In this document: in pieces, positions 11,688-24,800 of the stretch
Position numbering within the stretch: position 1 is the first letter of the stretch
How the letters are laid out: each line of letters opens with the position of its first letter
Assembly (NCBI GenBank): GCA_030390025.1
Contig: CM059439.1
Span: forward strand, 63,798,001-63,862,000
Source of the DNA: Squalus acanthias
Lineage: Eukaryota
Reading direction: 5' to 3'
DNA: 64,000 nt
Program-made: the position numbers and the translations under genes
Notes under the pieces: generated by a model
What the model saw: the letters and a program-made list of their open reading frames with translations, nothing else
Told to the model about the DNA's origin: nothing
Database searches by the model: none

Positions 11688-12331
11688 TAGCATTAAATTA
11701 CAAATTAGAAAATCATTTGCCTCTTCAAGTGTGATAATTTGTCAAAAAAGTTGATCATATGCTAATAGCTTCAGATCTATTATCACAGCCATAATTACAA
11801 GCAGAGCTTCGAGAACCTCACACTTACACAAAAAGATCACACACTAGTGTGCAGATAGCACACAGACTGCTCAATCACCCCCCCCCCCCCTGCAGTAGAA
11901 ATTTAAAATAACTTCTTAGCATTTGCATTACTGAACAGTCAAGCGATTACACATCAGCCAAGCAGCAAGTAAATTCCATCTGCCATTTCTGAGAAAAATC
12001 ATGCAATTCCTACAAAAAAAAATCAAGAGCAAAATTCTCAATAATGGAGCAGTCAACAAGCACACCAGGAATTGCTACTTAGGTTCTTTTAAAAAATACA
12101 TTAAAAATATATTTTTTTAAATTGAAGAATTTGTTTGCAATCATTCCGTATGGTCATCAGTTACAAGATTTACACTTATTTCTTAAATTTTCAGCTTATT
12201 CCATTGAAACTTTTGATCTTCTTGGTTGATGTGTAATCGCTTGACTGTTCAGTAAAGTAAATGCTGAGAAGTTATTTTAAATGTCTACTGGCAGGTTGGG
12301 GGGGGGGGGGCGGGGAGAATTGAGCAGTCCG

Positions 12332-13147
12332 TGTGCTATCACTTATTAATGACTTAGATGAAAGGATAGAGAGCCACATATCCAAGTTTGCTGATGACAC
12401 AAAGATAGGTGGCATTGTAAGCAGTGTAGATGGAAACATAAAATTAAAGATATTAATAGCTTAAGTGAATGGGGAAAAACTGTGGCAAATGGATTTCAAG
12501 TGTGAGGTCATCCACTTTGGACTGAAAAAGATTAGAACAGGGTGCTTTCTAAATGGTGAAAAGCTAAAAACAGTGGAGGTCCAAAGAGACTGCAGCTATA
12601 CAAAAGCCCTGGTTAGACCACACCTGGAGTACTGTGTTTGGTTTTGGGCGCCTTAGGAAGGATATATTGGCCTTGGAGGGAGTGCAGTGTAGATTTACTA
12701 GAATGATACCCGGACTCCAAGGGCTAAATTACAAGGAGAGATTACACAAACTAGGGTTGTGTTCCCTGGAATTTAGAAGATTAAGGGGTGACTTGATCGA
12801 AGTTTTCAAAATAGGGTAGGTAGAGAGAAATTATTTCCGCTGGTTGGGGAATCTAGGGCTAGGAGACATAACCTAAAAACTAAAGCCAGGCCTTTCAGGA
12901 GTGAAGTTAGGAAACACTTCTACACGCAAAGGGTGAGAGTTTGGAACTCTCTTCTGCAAACGGCAGTTGATGCTGGGTCAATTGTTAATTTTAAATCTGA
13001 GATTGATAGATTTCAGTTAACCAAAGGTATTAAGGGATATGGGGCAAAGGCGGGTATACGGAGTTAGGTCACAGATCAGCCACGATCTCATTGAATGACG
13101 GAACAGGCTCGTGGGGCTAACTGGCCTACTCCTGTTCCTATGTTCCT
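12332..13147 (+). mobile_element. 5'-truncated, internally deleted CR1 LINE
   Basis: RT remnants (KFADDTK, KALVRPHLEYC, ALEGVQCRFTRMIPG) and 3' tail cctgttcctatgttccta. Confidence 0.92.
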
Positions 13148-13523
13148 ATCTTCTCCCTCCTGCATTTTTAAGACAAACTCTCCTTGGCCTTTAGCGGCGG
13201 AGGCAGCCAATGGCTTTCTTCAAGGTTGCCGCCAACGCTCTTCGAAATTGTACAACTGGAAAGAAAGAAAAGCTAGTCCAGCAACTAAGGGGATGTCACA
13301 AGTTAGTTCAAAATCAGTCATATTTGACATGGTCACAAATTAATACAATTGGAAAGAAGTGGCAAATGGTCTCCTTCTGTGCTCTATGATTCGAGTACTT
13401 TAAGTCTTTCTTTTACTCTTAGCCCTGCATCATATCAAAGAGTCCCTGTGAATCCTCTATGCAGATTAACAAATCTATGTGCGATTAATATATATTGGTC
13501 CAAATCTATGTGAAGCTCTTTAC

Positions 13524-13688
13524 TTTTCACACTCTATTCTGAAGTTAGAAAATGGGCTTCCCAGACATGCGCAAACTCAAAAAACACTTAACTCAACTTC
13601 ATATAGTTATTAATGAATTAAGGACCATAATGTATTCGCTGAAGCAGAAAAAGAAACTATATAAAAGTACAGATACGATTCTCATATG
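13524..13688 (+). repeat. ~170-bp direct repeat, copy 2
   Basis: Aligns with 11519-11687. Confidence 0.9.
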
Positions 13689-14450
13689 GTCTCACAAAGC
13701 AAGCCAGAACCAAGAAATAAACCAACGTAAAAATCCAAAAGTGCCGCAGCACTGAGTCGAAACGTTACTGGTGTGTGCGCGTGTGATAATCAGAGATGTG
13801 AACTCAGTCACTCACAAATAGAATAGTGCTTTGAGGAGGGGAATACGCAAGTTTTGCTTTAAGAATCTATTTTACATTGGCTCGTTTAGTTCCGATTTGT
13901 GAGCCTGCTCCCTGGATTTACATTACCAAATCTCTCTCCCTTATCCTGATGGCAGAACCAAAGACCCACAAAAAAACTGGATACCAAATTCTGCTGCAGA
14001 GAAGCAAGGCAGATTATTAGTGTAAATGGAGGGAAGGAAGAAAAGGGGGTGATGAAGAATTTTATTTTTATAATTCAGATGGCACCCATGACTTCCAACT
14101 GTGTCCCATAACTCTGCCAACCTCTAGAATGGAATAAAAAACAAGTTCATCTAACCAACACAAATAATTTGAACTAGATCAGAGAAAATAAGGAGATAGG
14201 GAGCAGGAAGGAGTATACTGCAGTAGGTTTTACTGACAGGGTTATAGCAAACACAGATACACTTGGATTTGTAGCCAGTAAACCCTGGACCATCACAGCT
14301 CCCCCTTTTATACACAATTTTCTTCTTCCTTCCCCCATGTGAAGTCAGGATGGTGTGATGGGTTTGGGCAGTGAACAGTGCGACAGCCATCTTCACCCTC
14401 CCACCCCACAAGTCCGCAAATTGGAGCCCCACATCCAAGAGGGAAGGCTA

Positions 14451-15583
14451 CCAAGGGTCCACACAAGGGACCGTTAGCTAAAATTAAAGCTCATGGAATC
14501 GACGGCAAATTATTGACCTGGTTAGGCGGTAGAAGGCAGAGTAGGGATAATGGGTATGTACTCGAATTGGAAGGAAGTGACTAGTGGTGTCCCACAAGGA
14601 TCTGTGCTGGGGCCTCAACTATTCACTATATTTATTAATGACTTAGATAACACAATAGAGAGCCAAGTTTGCCAATGACACAAAGACTGGTGGTATAGTA
14701 AGCAGTGTAGAGGGGAGCATAAAATTACAAAGAGGCATTTATAGATTAAGTGAGTGGCCAAAACTGGCAGATGGATTTCAGGTAAGTGTGAGGTCATCCA
14801 TTTTGGACCAAAAAAGGATCGAACCGAGTATTATTTAAAGGCCAGTAACAGTGGAGGTCCAAAGAGATTTAGGGGTCCATGTATACAGATCACTAAAATG
14901 TAGTAGTCAGGTACAAAAATTAATCAAAAAGGATAATGGAATGTTAGCCTTTATAACTAGAGAGCTAGAATATAAAGGGGAGGAAGTCTTGCTACAGCTA
15001 TACAAAGCCTTGGTTAGACCACATCTGGAGTACTGTGTACAGTTCTGGGCACTGCACCTTAGAAAGGATACACTGGCCTTGGAAGGAGTGCAGCACAGAT
15101 ACACCAGAATGTTACCAGGGCTCCAGGGGATAGATTATGAGGAGAGATTACATAAACTAGTTTTCTATTCCTTGGAATAAAGAAGGTTAAGGGGTGATTT
15201 GATTGTGGTTTTTTGGATTTTAAAAGGAATTGATAGGGTAGATAGAAACTTTTTCCGCTGTTTTGGGGGTGGCGGGCGCGGGTGAGTGTAGGACAAGGGG
15301 ACATAACCTTAAAATCAGGGCCAGGCCATTCAGAACATAAGTAAAGAAACACTTCACACAAATGGTAGAAGTGTGGAACGCTCTCCCACAAAAAGCAGTA
15401 GATGCTAGCTCAATTAATAATTTTAAATCTGAGATAGATAGATTTTTGTTAGACAAGGGTACAAAAAGATATGGAACCAAGGCAGGTGGATTGAGTTAAG
15501 ATACAGATCTGCCATGATCTCATTGAATGGAGGAACAGGCTCAAGGGGCTGAACGGTCAACTCCTGCTCCCACGTTCCGATGT
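14451..15583 (+). mobile_element. 5'-truncated, frameshifted CR1 LINE
   Basis: [26 protein letters not shown] and LYKALVRPHLEYCVQFW remnants; 3' end ctcctgctcccacgttccgatgt. Confidence 0.92.
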
Positions 15584-16734
15584 ACCTCGGACAACTTTGC
15601 GATAATCAAACTTTACATCAAAAACATAAACAAACCAACAACGAACAATCTACTCTGCCAAGGCAACATCAGCCATACTGATGGTATCTTGTTCTGTTGA
15701 TACCAAAAGAAGCAAAGGCGAGGATTAAAACACTGGAACCATCACCACAGGTCAAAAGGAAGAGGCACGGCTCAGAACACCATTAACCTCCAAGCTTAGT
15801 CACCATTAAATCCAATGTTATCAAATCACAGCTCAAAAGGAATAAGCTCCAAGACAAGGCTTCTCTATACAAAACAAAACCAAGCAGCAAACCACGGATT
15901 CTGAACTGTAACCAGATTTAATTGCACTGCTACAGAGGAGCCAACAGCACAGTCCAAGGATCACATGGAGGGAGGCCTTCCTGCTCGCTTTGCCTAATTT
16001 ACCCAGTGAGCCCTCATTTTCAGTCATTCCCCTTCACCTCCCAAAATATTTAATCTTAACATACAGCTGGGAGCCACCACACACCAAAAACACCTCGCAT
16101 CCAGACCAGTGAAACAGCACTGAATTTTCATAGCTCAGCCGTCTCTCAGCCAGCTTCCTGGAGCAGCCCGGATACAGATAAATCTATGGAGCCACTCACT
16201 TGACTAGTTCTAATCACTTGATGTTTACAAAGCAGCTGCTGGCTGCATACAGAGACCAAAAAAACAGCAGCAGGCCTCAATGCAGATGGGAAATAAATTC
16301 CTTCAATCAGACCAGAGTGGGATTTTTTTATTTTTTATTTTAACGGTGCAGGTACTTTACATTGAAACCCTCTTTACAGTTGGATAAAGGAGTTAGAACA
16401 AAAAATACCCCACCTGTTAGCTCAGATGTGTAATAATTTGTTGCATGCACTGGAGACACCAACCTAAACAGAACTACTTTCCTGTGAGCCAACAGCAGTT
16501 TTAAACAGCTGGCAGCTTCATCTCACCAACAATACTAACTCCCTCAATGTTGCAAAGCACCAACAAATAAAAATATCACCAACACTGCAGCCATTGAAAA
16601 AAATGTAAACATCAGCACAACAAAACCAAAGAAATCTCTAAATAACTAATCAGCACACATTCCACGACACACAAACCCTCCCTCCATCACTGCTTCCTCC
16701 AAAAGACAAATGCCATTTGCGGTACTACAATTTG

Positions 16735-17180
16735 TCAGCCTTGACTCAGTGGTAGCTCTCTCGCCTCAGTCAGAACGTTGTGGGTTTAAGTCCCACTCCA
16801 GAGACTCGAGGACATAATCTAGGCTAACACTCCAGTGCAGTAGAGGGAGTGTTGCACTGTCAGAGGTGCTATCTTTCAGATGAGGCCCAGTCTGCCCTCT
16901 CAGGTGGACGTAAAAGATCCCACGACACTATTTTGAAGAAGAGCAGGGGCGTTCTCCCCAGGGTCCTGGCCAATATTTATCCCTCAAATCAACATAATTA
17001 AAAAACAGGTTATCTGGTCATTATCACATTGCTGTTTGCGGGAGCTTACTGGGCAAATTGGCTGCCACGTTTCCTACATTCCAACAGTGAGTAAACTTCA
17101 AAACTACTTCATTGGCTGAAAAGCGCTTTGAGACGCCCTGAGGTCGTGAAAGGTGTGACATAAATGCGAGTCTTTTTCTT
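16735..17180 (+). mobile_element. Full-length tRNA-derived Deu-domain SINE (SacSINE1/AmnSINE1-related)
   Basis: tRNA-like head (box A-like gactcagtggtagc, box B-like ggtttaagtccc), Deu-type core (ccagtgcagtagagggag...ctgtcagaggtgc...gaagaagagcagggg...cctggccaatatttatccctca) and L2-like tail (ataaatgcgagtc). Family name from recalled consensus. Confidence 0.8.
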
Positions 17181-17979
17181 TACAATATAGAAACACTTCA
17201 CTCAACATACCGGTTTTTAGTTTTTAGTTTTTAGTTTTAGCACACAAGTTGTACAATCCGATTATCTCATCACTCACGTGGTCTCCCTTGACATATTTCT
17301 ACAACTTCCCATGCAGTCTGCTCTATACAAATCAATACATTTTGAAGGGAAAGCCTAGTATCTACAAGGGTCTGCAGAATTGCTATCACTGCTGCATTCC
17401 AAATCAAGGTTCATGCCCATTATTGGAAACAGTCAAAAGGAATATTTCCAAGTGCTTGGGACCATTTAAACCGACATCGGGAGGGACATAGATTCAACGG
17501 TTCATATGGATCAGTCTATTTAAACTCTTGGTCTGTAGAAAGTTAGAAAGAGAGAGAAACAGGATGTTCCGATTTGGATCCAGGTCCTTCACATCAGGAT
17601 GTCACAAAAAAAGCAGGGGTTTTTTTTTGCGTGATTGTGGGCAGTTTGAAAGATCAAGTAAAGAACCTGCTTTAAAAGCAAAAAACAATCAGGGAGAGAG
17701 ATTTGGAAGCAACTTTACTCAAGTAATAGATTGCTAGTTAGAATCAATTCCCTCTCAAAAAATAAAAATCACTCACAATTGGGAAACAGTTGAACACAGC
17801 AAATTAAAGACACCCAACCAGCAGTCGGATATATATACCTCTTTAGACTCAAGAATATAGCTGCAAAAACCCATGTGATTTTAAATTCACTCGAAAAACG
17901 TTACGGATAGGCAGGGTGTTGGTTCAGAGACAGCCTGAGAACAAGGGGATGCAAATTCATCATTAAATACACCAGCTAA

Positions 17980-18112
17980 CTGATGAAAGGTCATCGCTCT
18001 GAAACGTTAACTCTCTTTCTCTCTCCACGGCTGCTGCCTGGCCTGCTGAGTTTTTCCAGCGTTTTCTGTTGTTATTTCGGATTTCCAGCATCCGCAGTAT
18101 TTTGCTATTGTA
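17980..18112 (+). mobile_element. Penelope-like element terminal remnant with minimal hammerhead-type core
   Basis: CTGATGA-AAGGTCATCGCTCT-GAAACGTTAAC followed by ctctccac..gctgcctggcctgctgag..tccagc..ttttctg..atttc.gatttccagcatccgcagtattttg. Related copies at ~25225, 29736, 34740 and 48890. Confidence 0.65.
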
Positions 18113-19599
18113 TAACTGTAGTGGACCTGCCTGGCTGACTGCAGAAGGAAAAGCCCAAACCTAGTGTGAAGTTTCTGCGCCCACGGCTTTCATTTGCCGC
18201 TGTGGTCACACAGCACTTCAGTGAGGCTTTTTCCAAATCACCTTTGGTGCTTGCATTTTTTTAAAAACTGCCGCCTATTAATTTAGGATCAACTTCAGAT
18301 AGCAGATGAGAACCAGCGCTCATTGGGGGAAAATAAACAACAGAGAAAAAGAAAGCAAGCACAAAACAAAATCCGAGCAGGAAACTTGGAACCCTGTCCT
18401 GCAGACTGCAACATTATGCTTCGAGAATGTCAGCTCTGAACCTAAAGGGAAGAGGAGCCGAGCCAAAAGAAATGCATGCATAACTAAAGAGCCGCAACCT
18501 CCCAAAATGGTGAAAGAAAGAAACCCTACCTCTCCTCTAGTCACCTGCCAGTTGCTAAGGCAATGTTATCTTGTACTATCAATGTGTGTTTACATGTGCT
18601 GAAGTGGCTGCACCACACTAAGGCTGACAGAAACTTGTACTTCGCTAGAAATGCGAAACCAAAGTTATGAAAGCAGATTTAATTCTGCAGGGGTTTACTT
18701 CCAAGTTTATTCTAAAGATGTAAAACTTAGGGACTGGTGGGTACTGAGTTCATCTGCTCCCTCACATCTCCCCTTACAGTTACAGAATATTAACAATTTT
18801 ACAACCTCCCATGACACTGTTCACACAGTAAAAAAAAAGAAATGGTACATGTCGCCCTCCTGTTAACTGTCTCCGGGTTTGTGTTCCACCCTCTAATTCT
18901 GTCACTCTCACTAGCTCTGCTCAAAATAGAATACATTCTATTGGCACTGGCTGTTGTAACAGAGGGTCACTATTTCTAGATTCTGTTTGAAAAGTTGAAT
19001 TGTAAAATTTATTCCATAGCTTCCATCAGCATTTCTGAAAATATGAACAAATTAAATGCTGGTTAAAGATTTGTAATTAGCATTTCTTTTAATGCCAGGA
19101 TTTCACCCACCCCCCACCCCCTGCAAATAAAAAGACACAGGCCATTAGCTGGGGGACAGGGTAGAAAGAGAAAGAAAAAGGGTTAAAAGAGGCTTCTACT
19201 GCCTACTTCCCCAAAGCCAGTTAGACAGAGGCATAGAAAGTAACACAGAATAGTTCTTCGAGGTGCATTCTCAGCCTAGGACACGTTGATGGGAAGGTGG
19301 GAGGAAAGAGAAATAACTTTTTTTTACAATTTTCATCCCTCTACTTTAGGTGCTGACCCTTGCTGGGGCTCAGTTCCACAGTGCTGACCATCCTCCGGGA
19401 ACACACCCAAGTGGCCATTTCTCATGCGAGGGCATAGACCCCAGCTGGCCAGCAGTTCAATTCGAGCATCATGGAGGTGTGGGAGGAGTGGGAGGGGGAG
19501 GGGGAGAATTACAGCTGAGCCCAATCCTGTCCTCACCCAACATCTACAAGCACACTTTTTCCAACACAGGTCACTAGACCATGTACTCCTGTTCCTGAG

Positions 19600-20260
19600 T
19601 ATTATCCAGTTACCTCAGCTAGAAAATGCAACCTTAGTATTCCATCTGACCCTGAACTGAGCTTCAAACTTCATCCTCCACACCAGCAAGACTATTTACT
19701 TCCACCTTTCCAATACCGAATTCCTTCACCGCTACTTTTACACCCATTGCCGCCGAAACCCTCATCCACACCTTTGTCAACTCCAGCTTTTGACAACTTT
19801 AACTCCCTCCCTGCCAGCCTCCAAAGTGCCACCTTCCACAAGCACCAACACTCACTTCCTATCTCGCATAAAGTCCTCACTTACCACCTCAGTCTCACTA
19901 ACCTACACAGGCTCCCCATGCGCTCACAACGATTACAAAATTCTCATGCTGGTCGATGAATCCCTCCATGGCCTTTCTCCACTCGGCTCCTGCATCTTTC
20001 TCAAGACCCATTCCTCAGCTCGCAACCTTCGATTTTCTGACATGGACCTTCTTTACGTCCCTCCTACCCTCCACTCCATCGGTGGCAGAGACTTCAGTCA
20101 TTCCACCCCAGCACTCTGGAGCTCCCTCCCTCCCACCTTGTGACAAAGCCTCAACACTATCTCTTCAAATGCATTTTGGGTCACCTCCCCAATTCCTGTT
20201 TAGTCTGAATCGTCTCTCTTCACCACCACCCCTCCCCCATTAGACACCTAGGGACATCTC
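19600..20260 (+). mobile_element. Degenerate L2-clade LINE 3' fragment
   Basis: gaccctgaactgagcttcaaac...ccgaaaccctcatccacacctttgtc...ggtggcagagacttcag...ctctggagctccctcc is colinear with the L2 at 26703-28680. Confidence 0.7.
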
Positions 20261-22865
20261 ACTACACTCACTACCATACCACATGGTCCATTTACCTACA
20301 GATAACTTTATCCATGCTTAGCCTGTATTTTGAAAGAAGGAAAAAGTGGAATTGGCTGTAATGAAGACTCTCACTTCAAAGCATCTGAGGTTATATGACC
20401 CAATCTGATTTGAGACAAATCAGATCTGTTTCAGTGCAACTCCACAGGGGTACCAATCTTTCTGCCTGCCAATATACTCAGGCTGAGGAATGGGTCTTGA
20501 GAAACCGCATTTCACCTCTCAGTGCTTAACAAGTTCATCTATTCTACGCACTACGTCACCTCCACATAGAACACCTCTGAAATGCACACACCTCTGAAAT
20601 GCACACCATAATCTACTTCAGTTGAAATTTTCTTCATCATGAGGATTCTGTACGAGACCAATTTGAGTGCCTGCTTTCAGAAAGCAATATTTGTGAAGCT
20701 ATCCCAATTGATTGGATGAAACTATACACTGCCGAATCGTGGGCTTAAACTATCCCTCCACAGAGCAGCACATTATACAAGAGTGAGTCAGTGTACAGAA
20801 ACTCCACGAGCAATGGGCAGGAAGATTCTTCTCTTTCATGTCCCTGCCTGGAAGGTGTCCACCAACTTACACATTGTAGCATTTATACCTGTCAAATGAC
20901 AACCATATTGTTATTTAAGCCGGTCCCTGCTGAGATTTTACTGGTTCCTCAATAAAATTATTTATCCATAACTTCAAACTCCACACATTCAACAGATCAC
21001 ACAATACAGCAAACCCATCTCGATCCCACTCTCACAGCGGCAAAAGAACTTGACATTAAATGCAACTTTATGGAATTTAACAAGATTAAGATAGTCAAAT
21101 GTTACAACCAGCGGGAAGGCAAGAATATGAAATAAAATGGTAAGTACATCATTACTGGCCATAGTTTGGTGCAGAGTCCCAACAGAAGTCTGGGAAACTC
21201 AAAACACCAGCACTGCATTATAATGCAACTTTGTCATAGCTGAACAGAGCAAAGGGATCGGGAGGGCAGACGGGCAGAGAGGACAGAGGACAGGAAGTAT
21301 GTGCATCGAGGGAAAATATATTTGCTGTCATTTTTAAAAAAAATGTAAATTGTTTAAAAACTCAAAACATATTAAGTCAGATGCAAATCAGTCGGGTGTC
21401 TCTCCCTTTGAAAAACAAATGCGTTTTATATAAAAAATTCTAATTTTGGAAACTACAACTTCATGCAAATATTGCCAAACAATAAGAAAATTGCTCTCAA
21501 TCCTCAAAATTGTTTCTCATAAAAAAAAACTTCTGAAGTCTGGCTCCTCTCGAATAACAAAGCAGACATTTTTCTGAAGACACAAGGTGGCATTCTTTCA
21601 ACTTTATCGACAACACTCGAAGCTACAAAGCTGGTGCTGAAATAAAACACATCGTGAAGTGCTGTTCAATCTAATTCCCTTGGCAACCCCTATGGCCCTG
21701 CTCATGCCCTTTTAGCAAGAGCAGAACCAGATGACAGATCGAGTACCAAGTAGCTGCATGTGTCAGCAGGATGGAATGAACAACCCGCGTGGGCTGTGAA
21801 GCTGCAGAACAGTCTAGTGGTGACAACCCCACCGCAGCAGGAAGCTGGCCTCGGATCCACATTCACCACCTCCCTGGAACTGCCTTCATTTGCCCGTCCG
21901 CCAGGGCAGCAATCATCATTCATCCAAATAACAATCCCCCTCTTCCCTTTCTGTCCCCTTCCTCTCCTCCTCCTCCTCCTCCACCCCCGCCCTCCAACAC
22001 AAACACACAAAAAGCAAACTGCACTGCATCTGCTCTCAAACTACTGAGACACACTGGATCCCTGTGCCAGACAACACAGTGTACGAGGTGCATGTACACA
22101 GTACCCCTTGCACCTAAATTAATCTTGAAGAAAGAATATGTTTAACAAGAAACACACAGCTGGGATCCTCCTTTACCTGCAGTCTGTATACATTTAGGAA
22201 ATTAAATGCAGATTAAAAACGTTAATAGAATTTTCTGAAGCATCTAGATACTCAGAGAGTTCACTTTCTTTGTTCAAACTGTTTATAAACACCTCCCCCA
22301 CCCCGGGTTTTTCAGTGCACTGCCCGATGTGTAGTGGGACCTTGCTGGTTTGTGTGGTTCCAGTTCTGTCCCCGGTCCTTGCTGAGCCTGCCAATTTTGA
22401 CCAAGTGATGGTAGGGGGTGCAATTGTCCTGAACGCTCCTAGGTTAGGGAACAACTATAATTCCTCCTGCTTGCTATCCAACAACCTTGCTGGCAGGTGC
22501 ACATATGGGAACACCAAAGGAGGGGAGGATCAGGCTCACTTGTGATGGCTCCCATAGTTGAATAACCTGCCAATGATCACGGTCAAAGCTCACACATCAG
22601 GAATGGTCAAGTTGCTCCCCTATGCAATAGGTCAGCTGGTTAATGCAATCAACAGCGGAGCCATAATTCTAGCAAGGGCCCAGGCTTGACCTCTAATCCA
22701 AATTGGCTTTTGTCACCTGGGGTGACCGTAGAGGCACTACAATTGTCCTAGGTATACACTTCTGGCTGCTATGCAGCATCTTACAGAAGTGAACACGTAG
22801 ATCTCCGGCAATGACTGGGTTGGGTTTGGCTGTGATGTTCCCTTGTAGTCCAATGGCCTGGCAAC

Positions 22866-23033
22866 CAATGTTCCCTCTAAGCTGTGTGCGTGCGCACCGT
22901 AATCGGCAAGAAACCGCGCAGGCCGCTCACAAGCTTTTCCATTTGAAATACCGCACATGCGCAGAAATTTAAAGGGACCGTGCACTGAAATAAACAGGCC
23001 CCGCACAACAAAGACAATTTAGAGGGAACATTG
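22866..23033. mobile_element. 168-bp non-autonomous hAT DNA transposon (MITE)
   Basis: Perfect 15-bp TIRs CAATGTTCCCTCTAA (22866-22880) and TTAGAGGGAACATTG (23019-23033). Perfect 8-bp TSD CTGGCAAC at 22858-22865 and 23034-23041. Confidence 0.93.
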
Positions 23034-24482
23034 CTGGCAACACTCACCCATCTAAGCTCACACAAGAAAGGCCTTTTGGACGAAATACCAGAAAGCAATG
23101 GAACTGTATCCCTCCAAGTAGTCAAAGCCTTTGGGTGGTGGGACAAGGAGGAAATGGGAACTGGCAGAAAAGAATATCCACTTAAGCGAGGTACCAGAGG
23201 GCTACTGGTACCACACCCCATCATAAGTCCATGCCTTTGAGAGAGGGTTTGAGCTATTTGGGGAAGGCTGGGGGTGGGGGGGGGAGAAAGAAGAGTGAAA
23301 TTAAAAAACAATGCAGATGTACTACAGAGATCCAGGCAGACCAGAGAGAGGCTGCAGCACCAACAGATGTCAACTGTACTGGCCAACATTACTCGACACA
23401 CTGGCATGCACTGAGGGTCTTTTGTGCAAGGTAGTGTATGGTTGTCTCACTGACATGCATTCATGGCCTTGCAGACATTACCTTCTTTTTGCACAAACGC
23501 CAAGATATTCGTCCAATGGGGGAAGCAGAGCCAAGCCAGTCCTGTCTGCGGTCCAGAACCGTGGCCAACTTTTCCCCTCCCTAGCTCAGGGGCACGGAGG
23601 GCAAATGTACAGATTACTGCATGTTTAAGACTAATATTACAATTAAGAACTACACTCGTGAAAGATGCACATTGTTTCAACAATACAGTGTTTGTATGAA
23701 CCCCACCTGTAATTTAAGCCAGTCATGAGAGTGGGGCACACCCCCTTCATCTAGTTTGAGGTAGCCTGTGTATACACAAAGTATTTCAATTCAGTAGACA
23801 GCAGCAAACTACCTGCGTTGACTTAAAGCATAATTAACTTCAGCAAAACAATCTTCCCGCAATTATAACCTGTATGGAACATTTATTCCCCAGCTTTAGA
23901 ACCAAGCAAGTTTTACATAATTAGCAATGTCTTGCACACAATAATTCAGATTGCAGATTTCCCAATAGCTCAGTGGGTAAATGCAACATATGGTGTGGTA
24001 CTGAACTGTACAGATCATGAAAGTCTCAAATTTGATGCCTCATATGTGCTGAGTGAGCACATCTTAGCCTGGACAGCAGCGAGAGTGATACAATTGGCTG
24101 TAGTGCCCTTGAAAAAGGGTAGGGGGGAAATAGTGCTCCTACTAGCTATCCAGTGACACCACCCACTCTCTGCAAGGGTCGGCACTCTGATTACCCAAAA
24201 TATTCAAAGAGTGAAATCATGTCCAATACCAAGAAAGCAATTTTGCCAACTAGTTGAACTATTGCCTCATCTTTATGACACGACTATCTGTGCTAATAGT
24301 CTTTGGTCTCGTTAAATGATATGGACCCGATGAACTAACCCTGGAATATTTTTACTCAGAGAGCCAAAGATCCCCTGCAACAGCTAGAGATTAGTTTTTT
24401 AAAAATCAAAACCATTCCCTCAATGGCACATTGGGATGTGGGACTGAGTGAGCCACACAGTGCAGAAATGCCCAATTTTCCA

Positions 24483-24800
24483 TACCTGCACTCTGCTGAG
24501 TTAACTGAGTTTCTGCCTCCATGTCCCCAGGGTGTGGTTTGGGGGGCGGGGGGGGGGAGGAGATGTGCAACAAAAGAAAAATCGGCCGAAATTCCCACTC
24601 CTGATTACTATGCAGTGACCCCTGTTCGAAAGTACACATGGGAACATTGGGTGAGGACAGGATCTGGTCAGGTTGCTACTCTCCCCAGTTAAATATCCCT
24701 CTGGCACTCGGCATCAAGAGCTACATGTGAAGGAAGGCAAATTTGGGCAAGGTACCAGAGTCCAGCAGCCATGTACTTCAGCACCTTCAGGAAAGAGAAA
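24483..24800 (+). mobile_element. Copy of the abundant unclassified tRNA-headed SINE family
   Basis: Shares ctgctgagtta.ctga...cctga..actat.cagtgacccctg...gaaagt...gtgaggacaggatc...gaagga.ggc.a.ttggg.aaggtaccagag with about 20 other copies in the window. Confidence 0.65.

Noticed and set aside
16735-16810. tRNA gene
   Set aside because: A/B-box-like motifs continue directly into a SINE body and no cloverleaf is evident; the same applies to the other SINE heads.
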